A DNA stretch of 64,000 nucleotides from Pseudogymnoascus verrucosus. Lineage: Eukaryota. Made by a program: the position numbers and the translations under genes. Shown here piece after piece: positions 35,350 to 45,648 of the stretch (positions are counted from its first letter, which is position 1; the number at the start of each line of letters is the position of its first letter). Location of the stretch: NCBI GenBank assembly GCA_001662655.1, contig KV460268.1; one strand, given 5' to 3'. Under the pieces are notes generated by a model, which saw only the letters and a program-made list of their open reading frames with translations, did no database searches and was not told the origin of the DNA.

Positions 35350-37350
35350 GGGTAAAGAGTGTCAGCTTCTGTAGAGTGCAGGGTTGAGCACGTCGCAAGT
35401 CGTAATACTCCACGGCTTGGCTTGCTTGGTTGGGCTTGTGAAGGAACAGCGCGTGGTGGTGTTGATTGTCCTCTGGAGCCCCTGCTAATCTTCCTTCCTC
35501 CAGTGTCACCGGGTGAAGATCGTCCCTGGGGAATATGAAGCCTGTGTAGGCGGAGGAGGAGGTTTAAGAGCGCTCAAACGGGCGATAGCCGTAATTTTGA
35601 GGTTTCAAGTTGATGTTTTGGGGGGAGCTGCCGAGGAGGGGATAGACTGATACTTAGCCAAGCAAGTGTCAAGTACTATAAAAGTCGCGGGCGTTTCAGA
35701 CGATGCTAGGCTCTTTGGGGTAGTCAACGAGCGCGATTCAGAGATGTATGTACAATTAAGTGTTGTTTTTTTCAGCTTTAAAGAAAGGTAAAGAGCGAGA
35801 GAAAAATGACAAGGCTGTTGCTATTCACAGATGTTGGTTGGTCTTGTTGAGCGGCAGCAGTACCGGTGAGAGAGCGGCTTGAGTTGGACGCGGCCCTGTG
35901 TTCGTTTCAAAACAAACATTTTCAGTACCATATTCAGGGGTCCTTTCCCCAGCGACCCATACATTAATTACTATGGTACTCTACTACCGTACGACGACGA
36001 ACCCACGATGTATCCACAAATAGACACATAGCGTCGTTGTGCCTCTTTTACTCAGCCACACATCCCCAACGAACGAAAGTGCCAATAACTGCCAATAGTA
36101 CTAACATTACTAACATTGCTAACAGACACCCGCTAGTATACGAATTTCAGCCACTGAGAGGCTTGAGATCGCCTACAACTTGCCCCTATGTGGTTCTATA
36201 CGAGCCATCCCAACCATTGATGGCCATCACTCTACCTCAGGAGCGTGCACACTGAACGACTGGTGGCCACTAGGCTCGACGATAGGCTCGACGATACGAG
36301 CACATGAAATAAACCAGTTATTAAAGTATATCGTGGGTTCACCACAGCAGGAGGCGCAGGACTTGATTAAGGCAAGACTTTCAGTTGTGGCGGTGCACTG
36401 CCATTGCCTCCATCACCATGTCGCCCCCTGTCCTCGCCCCTCTCAAGCTACGCGTCCTCAAGGCTTCACTGGTGCCCTGTGTCGTAGAGATGATTCTTCA
36501 CATGACGCTGTGACGTACGGCGGACAGTGACAGCCGCCTATCAACCTACAAGTCCACAACAATGCCTCCATTCTTCCCAGGAATCTTGTTAGGTCTTAAT
36601 AGAGGGGTTCTGCAAGTCACATCCGCATGCACGTACATGTACGTACATGCCGCATTCCCGTCAGAAAAAGCCTGCCAAATATAACTCCTATCAGCTTATC
36701 TCACCCATCATCTGCTGTCAATTCCCGTCACCTCCTGTCATCATCCTCTCACTCCTCATGTCACCCAGAGAGCCTAGGGAGAATCTCACTGCCTGATTAT
36801 ATGTGCTCTTCTATGCCTCCTTCCCCAGAACCGGAACTGACGGATCCTTCGTGTCTTCCAAGTCTCCAATATATACGTCAAATAAATTACCTGTCCATTT
36901 CCATTCCGTCTCTTTTGCCGCTGCCGCATTATATTTCCCGGCCCTTGAGTGTCCATGGCAAATATTATCCTTGCCCCTGAGTTCCTATATTCGCAGAATA
37001 TCTAAAATAACAAAAGTTCCCATACGGGATAAGAAGAACTTCTTCAAAAACATACCCAGCCCGTCCCCAAATGCACTGTCCTTCCACGCTCGTGTGCTTA
37101 CTTCCATGCCCTAAAATTAAAAAGCTTAACCCAGCCTCACCGAGGATCCTCGGATCGATTGTGGGGTATCTTGGTCTTTCTCGGCGAACTCGGTTCATTT
37201 TACGTGTGCCCCGCGGCAAGTCACATGACACCCCTCCTCAATCCAACCCCGCGTTATCACATCTCCCTCTCTCCTTCTCCTCCCTCCAAATCCCAATAAC
37301 CTCAATCTCCTCAATCTCACCTCTAACCACCTCATCCACAACCGCCCACC

Positions 37351-38516
37351 ATGGCATCAACCAACAACCCCCTCTCCAACACCACCAGCCCCTCCCCCTC
37401 CTCTTTCCCCCCACCAAAATCCTACAACATCGCCGGCATAACCGTCTCCATCCTCGGCCTCTCCTCCCTCCCTCAAAACTGCACCTCCCTCACAATCCTC
37501 TACCTCCTGCACCCGCGCCTCCAATCCGCCTCCACCATGCTCCCCATCGGCACCCACATCCTCACCTCCTGGGCCGCGCACCAAGCTTCCCTCCCCCCCT
37601 CTCACCCCTCCAAATCCGCCGGTCTCCTAGCCCTAACCTTCGACCAACGCAACCACGGCGCGCGCCTCGTGGACCCGGTGGGTAACGATTCGTGGAGGGA
37701 TGGGAATCCAAGGCACGCGCAGGATATGTTTGGTGTCTATAATGGGACGGCTACGGATGTGTCGTTGTTGATTGATCATGTGGGGAGTTATATCGCTGAG
37801 GATTTCCAGGGGGTTATGCCGGAGATTGGGAGGAATTTGGTGTTGGGGGTTAGTCTGGGGGGCCACGCGGCGTGGCAGGTGCTGTTTGCGGAGCCGAGGG
37901 TTGAGGCGGGGGTGGTGGTTATTGGGTGTCCGGATTATATGCGTGAGTTCCCCTATCCTGCCTCCTATTTTCTCGTCTTGTCACGGGATCAGGTAATATA
38001 GCGTTGGAGAAAAGAAACAAACTAACACCCACCCCAGGCGTAATGACCGACCGCGCGCGTCTCTCCAAACGGCAAACATACACCCTCGACGCCGGGGCCA
38101 CCTTCCTCGGCAGCCGCGACTTCCCCCCCTCCCTCCTTTCCGCGATCCAAAAATGGGACCCTAGGGGAATCCTCTTCGGCGCCCGCGAAATCCCCTCTCA
38201 CCCCCCCACACAAGACTCCCCCCGCGAAGAGGCGCGCTTAAAGGATATCCTAGAATCCAGGGTGAAGGGGAAATCAGTGCTGGTGTGTAGTGGTGGTGCG
38301 GATAAATTGGTGCCGTATAAGGCGTCGGAACCGTTTTTGGGGTGGTTGAAGGAGGCGGTTGGGAGGGGGGGGTGGTGGGAGGGAGGGATGGGGGTTAGGG
38401 ATGTGGTGTATGAGGGGGCGGGACATGAGTTTACGGAGGCGATGGTGAAAGATTCTGTGAAATTTGTAGTAGAGTTGATGGAGGGGAGGGGGGTTGAGAA
38501 GGGGTCGAAGATTTAA
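37351..38516 (+). CDS. Alpha/beta-hydrolase
   Basis: FDQRNHG, nucleophile elbow GVSLGG, GGADKLVP (Asp) and GAGHEF (His); intron 37943-38037; ends in SKI. Confidence 0.88.
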
Positions 38517-38724
38517 GGGGTGGTGAAAGTGGCTGATAGAGGGGTATTGAAGACATAAGTCATAGCAGGCTGGCTGTCAGAGAGGGGTTGCTTGAATAGC
38601 TCTACATAGACCGGGCATACTAGAATTTTGAGCAGCAATGGCTATAGCAAAATACCAATCAACCATCAAGATCAGCAGTCAGGGTATCCGCTTGTTTATA
38701 CATCTATCTCTCTCTATCTATTAT

Positions 38725-39802
38725 CTACTCGGCCCCCTGCGGCGGCACAAACGGCTTAACCAACATCTCCGAGAACTTCTCCAACTTCTCCTTCCCCCTC
38801 ACCTCCTCGACCAACAACGGCATCTTAACCACATTAAACTCATCATACAGCTCCTCAATCTGCTCCAAATACTTCCGCTGCATCTTCCTCCTCGCATTGC
38901 ACTGCTCGCACTCACTCCCCTTCTTCGGAAACAGCAGCTGATTCACCACAATACAATGCGTATCGATGCTATACCCCGCCAACTCCTGAATCATGCGCTC
39001 CGTCTCATACAGCGACAAGAACTCCGGGATGCATACGCACACAAAGGTCGTCAAATCGGGGTCCTTGAACTGCGTGTTCACCTCCGCGATCGTCTCGCGC
39101 AGAGACTCGAGCTTCTCCATCATCTCGGGCAGGTTGGCGCCGTTGGGGAGTTGCCCGCCCATGATGCCGTTGAGCATGGGGCCGAATTGTGTGGAGAGTT
39201 GGGAGATCTTGGCGAGGGCTTTCTCGAGGACGGAGGGGAACTGGAGGAAGCGCAGGGTGTGGCCCGTGGGGGCGGTGTCGAAGATGATGGTTTCGTAGGA
39301 GAGGGATTTGACTTGCTTCAGCACCTCGGCGAAGGACATGGCCTCGTCGATTCCGGGAATCTGGGTTTGTTAGTTATACCCCGCCATCAAATCGGGGCTA
39401 TCTTGGGGGTATACATACAGCGAAAGCCAAATCCTGCATCATCCCCCCCATCCCCGCAGCAGCCTCATTCCCATCATCCGCCTGCCCCGCAAGCAACTCC
39501 TGAATACTGCCATTCGGATCGATCTCCATGGCGCTCAGATTCGTAAACCCCTCAATGAGGCGCGCCTCCTTGCCGAACTTCTGGGAAAAGGCATCGGACA
39601 GGTTGTGTGCGGGGTCGGTGGAGATGAGGAGGACGGAGCGGCGGACGCGCGCCAGCTGGATGGCGAGGGAGCACGAGGTTGTCGTCTTGCCGACGCCGCC
39701 CTTGCCGCCGACGAAGATCCAGCGCAGGGAGCGCTGGTCGAGGATCGATTGCAGAGTGGGCTCGAGGACGTCGGAGTCGGCGTCGATTATGGCGTGGGAC
39801 AT
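38725..39802 (-). CDS. GET3: ATPase Get3/ASNA1 (tail-anchored protein targeting)
   Basis: [48 protein letters not shown] and CEQC; one intron at about 39361-39418. Confidence 0.96.
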
Positions 39803-40485
39803 TGTGTGGTGGGGGTGTGCTGCTTGGAGCAGCGGGTGGGAGGTGCGGGTGTGTGAGTTTAAAGAGAGGTGGGGAGGAGAGAGGTGAGGTGGTTTGGGGG
39901 GGAGAGGGTTTGGTTATAGTAGAGATGAGGAGTTGGAGGTGGTATTGCGGATATGGTTTCCTCAACGCCCAGGGCTTCTTTGGAGTTCTTGGAGTTGCTG
40001 CCGCTAGCGGCCGCACCACAATCGCTGGCCATGTCATGGAGCGTCTCAAAACTGGTGTAAGGGAGAGTCACCTAACTTTTTCTCTGATTTAAGTTGAACT
40101 TTGGAATTACTATATGCATATTAACTGCATAGTATAATTTTCTAGAGACAGAACACATTTATTTCGTTCTAAGCTAAGTGGTGAGTATATACCTACCCTG
40201 CTCATAACTGAGAGCGGCGACTTCCGATGATGCGGGGCCATCTTTGCTGTCAAGAGCTGGCTCGACACCAGCAACAAAAAGGAAGCCACACCCGCACGAC
40301 ATTTCGAGCGTAGCTATCTTGCTTATTGTGTACTTTCTAGCAATTGCACCTATCTTCAATCCATCTCAAAGTCCTCCTGAGCTCAACAGGTGATCCTAAA
40401 CACTTCAAGACGATCCGGCGCATTCTACCCCACAAACCGCGACCCCGCCAACCTCGGCCTCACCTCGTTGAAGATCCCACTCACA

Positions 40486-40890
40486 ATGGCCACCTCCAAA
40501 GCCCCAATCTCCTGCCACGTCCTCGACACCGTGATCGGCCGCCCCGGCGCCTCCATAAAAGTGACGCTGTCCTGCCTCTCCGCGCCCAACAAGCAATTCG
40601 GCTCCATCCCTCACACCTTCACCGGCGTCACCAACTCCGACGGGCGCATCGCGGAGTGGGAGAACAAGTTCGGCGTTGAGGTGTGGTCGGTCGTCAATGA
40701 GGGCAGCGACGAGGATGAGAAAAATGGGACGACGGTGTGGAGTCTGAAGTTCGATACTGAGGGGTATTATGGCGAGGGGAAGACGTTTTGGCCGTATGTT
40801 GAGTTGACGTTTAGGGTCAAGAAGGGGGAGCACTATCATGTGCCGCTGCTGCTGGGGCCGTATAACTATACCACTTACCGGGGAAGCTAG
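40486..40890 (+). CDS. 5-hydroxyisourate hydrolase (transthyretin-like protein)
   Basis: PISCHVLDT, TNSDGR, HYHVPLLL and the diagnostic C-terminal YRGS. Confidence 0.93.
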   Translation: MATSKAPISCHVLDTVIGRPGASIKVTLSCLSAPNKQFGSIPHTFTGVTNSDGRIAEWENKFGVEVWSVVNEGSDEDEKNGTTVWSLKFDTEGYYGEGKTFWPYVELTFRVKKGEHYHVPLLLGPYNYTTYRGS

Positions 40891-41535
40891 AGGATATGGT
40901 GGTTCCGTGGTGTTGATGACAGCGGCGAAGAGTGTTCCAAGGAGACTCCTGTTGATGAGCAAAGCGGCCGAAGCGCTAGCGGAAGAACGACGTATGAGGA
41001 GAGAATAAAAGACAGTTCCATAAGAGGAGAAATATATTTGATTGAGACACAGCCTTACCTGGAAATTACTGTCTCATCTGCCAATGGGCCATGAGAAGCA
41101 GAGATGCCGGTTGGCGTCAACTGTCACGGTTGTGACCAGAAGATTTGAAGGGAATGATTCGGAATTGATCTACCAAATACTTCCTTTGTCTCTTCGAAAT
41201 ATGACACCCAATAATATATGAAAAAAACGAGTGAAATAAGTCATAAATGAAGCAGATGCGGAACTGAACGCCCACCTGGCAGGTTGGTCCGTGAAACCTC
41301 GTCGTCGAGCCAACAAGGTGGAGAAGCCCCAGAGAACTTCTCCTTCGAACACCATTGTAAACACCTTACCCAAGTTACAACCCATCTAACAACCTCAAAT
41401 CCATCTCAGTATCTCTATCCAAATAGTGTTATTCCCATCGTCGAGTTATCTGGGAACACAGCGTCGGTGCACAATTCCGCTCGTTTCAGTTCCCAGCCTC
41501 GCCGACAAATTGCGTGCGCCAAGAAAAAACACTTT

Positions 41536-41569
41536 ACGCGTCGCGAACACGCTTATTCTAGAACGCGAC
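41536..41569. promoter_or_regulatory. MCB/SCB-like G1/S elements upstream of CDT1
   Basis: ACGCGT (41536-41541) followed by CGCGAA, and a further ACGCG at about 41563. Confidence 0.6.
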
Positions 41570-41704
41570 TTCTCAGACTTCTCCCTCCGACACACCCCGC
41601 CATATATCCACGCAGGTGCACCCCTCGGTCTTCACCTGCCTTAACTCGTACAATTACGAAATTACGATATCAGCATTGTTCCTGCAGCAATTAGCATATC
41701 CAAT

Positions 41705-43180
41705 ATGTCATCCATAAAACGGAGGAAGGTGGACTCCACCACCGCGACGCGCTCTTCCGTCAGGGGAATCGCGGCCTTCACGAAGGTTTCGAAGGCACAG
41801 GTTATTTCGCAACCGCTATACGACAAAAATCTGGCAGCGACGACTAATATCGATACGGCTGATACATTTGGGAAGAGGAAACTGCAATCGGCGAAGGAGG
41901 AACTGGTTGATCAAGAGGAGGAGCAAGCTTCGGTGCCGGTTATAACTATCACCAAGACTACCGATCGACAAATACGCCCTCTCCCACAACGACGTTCAGT
42001 CTCCGCGCAAAGCCTGCTCAAAACACCACAACGACCAATTGTCATCCCCGCATCACCTATCACCACACCCGGCTCCGTCGAGACACCCACCAATGGCGCC
42101 CAAGACCTCCTCAACAGGATATGCCTCAACTCCCCCTCTTCCTCAACACCATCCTCATCCTTCGCCGATTCAGAAATCAACCTTGACTCCTCCCAAACAA
42201 CAATCTCCTCACAATACGACCCCTCCTCCGACGAGCTACCACAAAAACTCATCGATCTCGCAAACCTACATTCCTCCTTCCTAACCGCACTATCAATACA
42301 CTACGCCCACAACGGCACCCACACCCCCGCCGACCTCCGCCTCCTCTGCCCCAACGTCACCCGCGCCTGGGGAAAGCGCCGCGTGGTTCTGGACGACATC
42401 AAGCGGATCCTCGCGATCCTGAACCTAGACTCTGGTAGCGGCAGCACACTTCTCAGCCTTTCCGACTACGGGCAGAACAAAATCTGCGTCGAAACCCGCG
42501 TCCCCGACCGCGCGGGCCGCATTGCCAAACCCCTTGATGAAAACACCATGAATGCGACTTTCACAGCTAACATCACTTCCCTTTGGCACAAATCCACCAC
42601 CCACGAGATCGACGACTTCATCTCAACTCTCCCCGTCGAACCTGTTAGGATATGCTCTTCCCTCGCCAAAATGTCCCCTTTACTCGCAAAAGGCCAGCGC
42701 CGCCTCGAATTCATCCGCGAGGGCATCGCAATCGGTAAAGCCATTGAAGCCACCAAAACCACTGATGTGAAGCCCCTCGACGCCTCAGGACCCCGACCCT
42801 CCCTCCTCGAGCGCCTCCGCGCCAAAGCCGTCGCCAAATCCCTCGCGCCCGCCGGTCCAACCAAAGAAGACCTAGCCCGAAAATCCGCGCTCGGCAGGGT
42901 GGAAGAAGTGGTCGCGACGCTGACGCAGCTCAGCACGAGCAGCAGCGCGGGACAGAGCAGGGTGAGCTTCACGATGGCGACGGTGGTGGTTAGTCTGAAG
43001 GATAGCTTTCGGTCGCCGATTAGCGCGAGGGAGGCGGAGGATTGTGTGAGGTTGCTTGCGGGGGAGATTGCGCCGAGGTGGCTCAAGATTGTGAAGAGGG
43101 GGAGGATGGAGGCGGTGGTTGTTAGTAGGGATGAGAGGCCTAGTGATGCGGTGATAAGGGAGAGGATTGGGAAGGCGTGA
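41705..43180 (+). CDS. CDT1: DNA replication licensing factor Cdt1
   Basis: FLTALSIHYAHNG...WGKRRV winged-helix region, SLLERLRAK, C-terminal RVSFTM...SPISAREAEDCVRLLA..IAPRW, and a degenerate N-terminal PIP-like GIAAFTKVSK. Confidence 0.8.
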   Translation: MSSIKRRKVDSTTATRSSVRGIAAFTKVSKAQVISQPLYDKNLAATTNIDTADTFGKRKLQSAKEELVDQEEEQASVPVITITKTTDRQIRPLPQRRSVSAQSLLKTPQRPIVIPASPITTPGSVETPTNGAQDLLNRICLNSPSSSTPSSSFADSEINLDSSQTTISSQYDPSSDELPQKLIDLANLHSSFLTALSIHYAHNGTHTPADLRLLCPNVTRAWGKRRVVLDDIKRILAILNLDSGSGSTLLSLSDYGQNKICVETRVPDRAGRIAKPLDENTMNATFTANITSLWHKSTTHEIDDFISTLPVEPVRICSSLAKMSPLLAKGQRRLEFIREGIAIGKAIEATKTTDVKPLDASGPRPSLLERLRAKAVAKSLAPAGPTKEDLARKSALGRVEEVVATLTQLSTSSSAGQSRVSFTMATVVVSLKDSFRSPISAREAEDCVRLLAGEIAPRWLKIVKRGRMEAVVVSRDERPSDAVIRERIGKA

Positions 43181-43802
43181 GGAAGGAGCGGGTGGATTAT
43201 TGTCTGGCATTTTTTTGGGGGGGGTGTTTGAATAGCGTGGAGTATGTGTTTGGGTTTGGTGCATGGTGCATTGGATGGGATACCCATTGTTTGAAGTCCA
43301 AGTGGACGTATGTTTAAAGAAGCGTTATGGGAGGAATGAGGGTTGGATAGTGTACGATTGGATAAGCTTGAAGCCGTACTATTAATGAATTGATGGACTA
43401 CAAATAACTGCGTTTCATCTTCTGACTGTGAGATTCGTGAATAGACAGACACAAGATAGGATCTGTAATTGATGAAATATTTGGCAGTAACTCAACAACC
43501 TTGGAATACATCGTAGGACATTCAAGTCAAAAGGCAAGGCAATGGAAGTTCAGTTGGTGGGCAACGTAAAATGAGTTTCTCATCTATGCTTCTAGCCTCC
43601 TCCCGCTCGCGCCTGAAATCACCAAAGGCAAAAAACTTCCGATCCATCATATCCATCGTGAAGACCTATTCGTTCCCTCCTCCAGCCCATCCACGCGGCC
43701 TACATCGGCAAAGCCATCAGCTCTCCCCTCCCGTGCACATCAGAGCCTCAGAAGTCAGAGCCCCAGAAAACCTTGCCACCAAATCTCTCCTCCCCCACCA
43801 CT

Positions 43803-44432
43803 CTACTTCTTCGGTCCAAACCTCGGCGCCCCAATATTCGCCCCCCTCAACTTAATCCCCAACACCTTCTCCATGGACCCCAAAATCTTCTGATCCGGCG
43901 CCGCGGACCCACGCTCGAAATCAGCAATAATACTCGCGGTGGTGTTGCACTTCGTCGCAAGGTCCTTTTGAGTCATCTTCGGCTCCATCTTTTGGCGCTG
44001 GTCGGAGATCACGGAGCCGACTTCTTTGCCGACCGTGTTGGGCTTGACGATCTCGTCGCTGCGGTCAACTTTTGTGAGACGCTGGCCTTCGCCGCCGCCG
44101 GACTGGGGGGGGTGTTAGTATGCATCTCGCTATTATCTTGTGGTTTGAACTGGGTGAAGTTGTGTGTGTGAATTGGAGGGGTGGGTGGCGAGGCGGGGTA
44201 AATTGGAGAACACCACCGCCACCACCTTGGTGAGGCTGAAGTGGCGAGCAATGTGAAGAAGATGAAGACTTACAGAGTTCCCAGAAGCAAACTTCTTCTC
44301 CGTCCCCAAAACCGCACCGCTCCTCTGCGCCTGGTTCAGCGCCGCCTTGCCTCTGATCACCGTCTCTCTCTGCGCGCCGCCCCCGCCACGGGTCTTGCTC
44401 CCGATCTTCGTGACGGTGTCCCAGTCATCCAT
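43803..44432 (-). CDS. MBF1: Multiprotein bridging factor 1
   Basis: [35 protein letters not shown] motif [11 protein letters not shown] and KLRG; intron at about 44104-44272. Confidence 0.96.
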
Positions 44433-44686
44433 TTTTGCGGTTGTGTTTGTGTATGTAGAACCGGTGTCGGTGATGTTGTTATTGAGGCGGTGGTGATGAA
44501 AAGTATGTGGTGTGGTTGTGGTTGTGGTGGTTGTGAAGTTGTTGTTGTTGGAAGAAGAGAGGTTGGTGGTGGCTTATCAGGACCTTATAGGCGTTGGTGG
44601 AATTGTGACGATGCTAAAAGAATCGCTGGGTGGTGTGGCGTTAGACCAGTGCCCCGCGGCGAGCCTAAATAAGGAAAGGAATTGCG

Positions 44687-44697
44687 CACGTGACTCA
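44687..44697. promoter_or_regulatory. Overlapping E-box (CACGTG) and Gcn4/CpcA site (TGACTCA)
   Basis: CACGTGACTCA lies about 260 bp upstream of the MBF1 ATG. Confidence 0.55.
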
Positions 44698-45573
44698 TCG
44701 AGGGGTTAGTCAAAAAGCTTAATAATAGCTTGGCGCTATATGTAGATGTGTGTGAGGTATCGGATTTAAGGGCTGGCTATTTGGTAATTTGGTTCGTAGG
44801 GAATGGGGGGATGCTGTGAATGGATTGCAGTTTGGATTCAGGTATATTCTTGATGCTCTAAGCTGGAATCTGCCTTTGCTGTTTATGTTTCATTTGGAAT
44901 TCACCATTATCCGTCATGCTTCTAGGGAGATGCTCGTGCGACCTCGAAGTCGCCATAGAGGCCGCACTACGAGCATTAATTGTGAGAGCTGACAGTAACT
45001 ATGTATGAAAATAATGTCTATAAATAAATGTGTGTTATAGTTGTCATATTATGCTCATTTTCAGTTTAATAAATTTAAAATCGAACGAAAACAGAAATCC
45101 CAACAGCTACAAATATCAACATTAGTCTCCATATTATATTACAGCAATTTTTATATCAGAATCACCTCCATCATTTTCCCCATAACATCACATTACTTAT
45201 TCTCACGCCACCCAAAAACCACAAATCATTTTAATAATTCGTCATATTCATATCAATTGCCTAAAGCACTGCCATAGTAAAAAAAGCCAAGGCCCCACCC
45301 GGGCAAAGATGAGAGGACAACAACCAGGACTGAGCTGAGTTGAGTCCACTTCCCCTATCACTCCTCCCGCCGACTCGATCGTGCGAGGTAACTATAACCA
45401 TAGAGCATCCCTCCCTCCCAAACATATCCCCCCCAATCCCCCAAATAATATCAAAACAAAGCCATAGATAACAAACCACGCAATCACAACAACACGCAAA
45501 ACGAAAAGAAAAAAACCATTGACAAAAAGCTCAACTCCATAACAACCCCCCCAATCCAGTCCCGTGCTTATCC

Positions 45574-45594
45574 TGTGTGTGTGTGTGTGTGTGT
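45574..45594. repeat. (TG)10 microsatellite
   Basis: Direct reading. Confidence 0.95.
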
Positions 45595-45648
45595 CAATTT
45601 GTTTTTGCACCTAGAACTCCAAGTCTCCATCCACCCTCATCCACCTGT

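Noticed and set aside
40390..40485. GTG-initiated N-terminal extension / PTS2 on HIU hydrolase
   Set aside because: No RLx5HL motif in any frame, poor start context, and an in-frame TGA at 40378.
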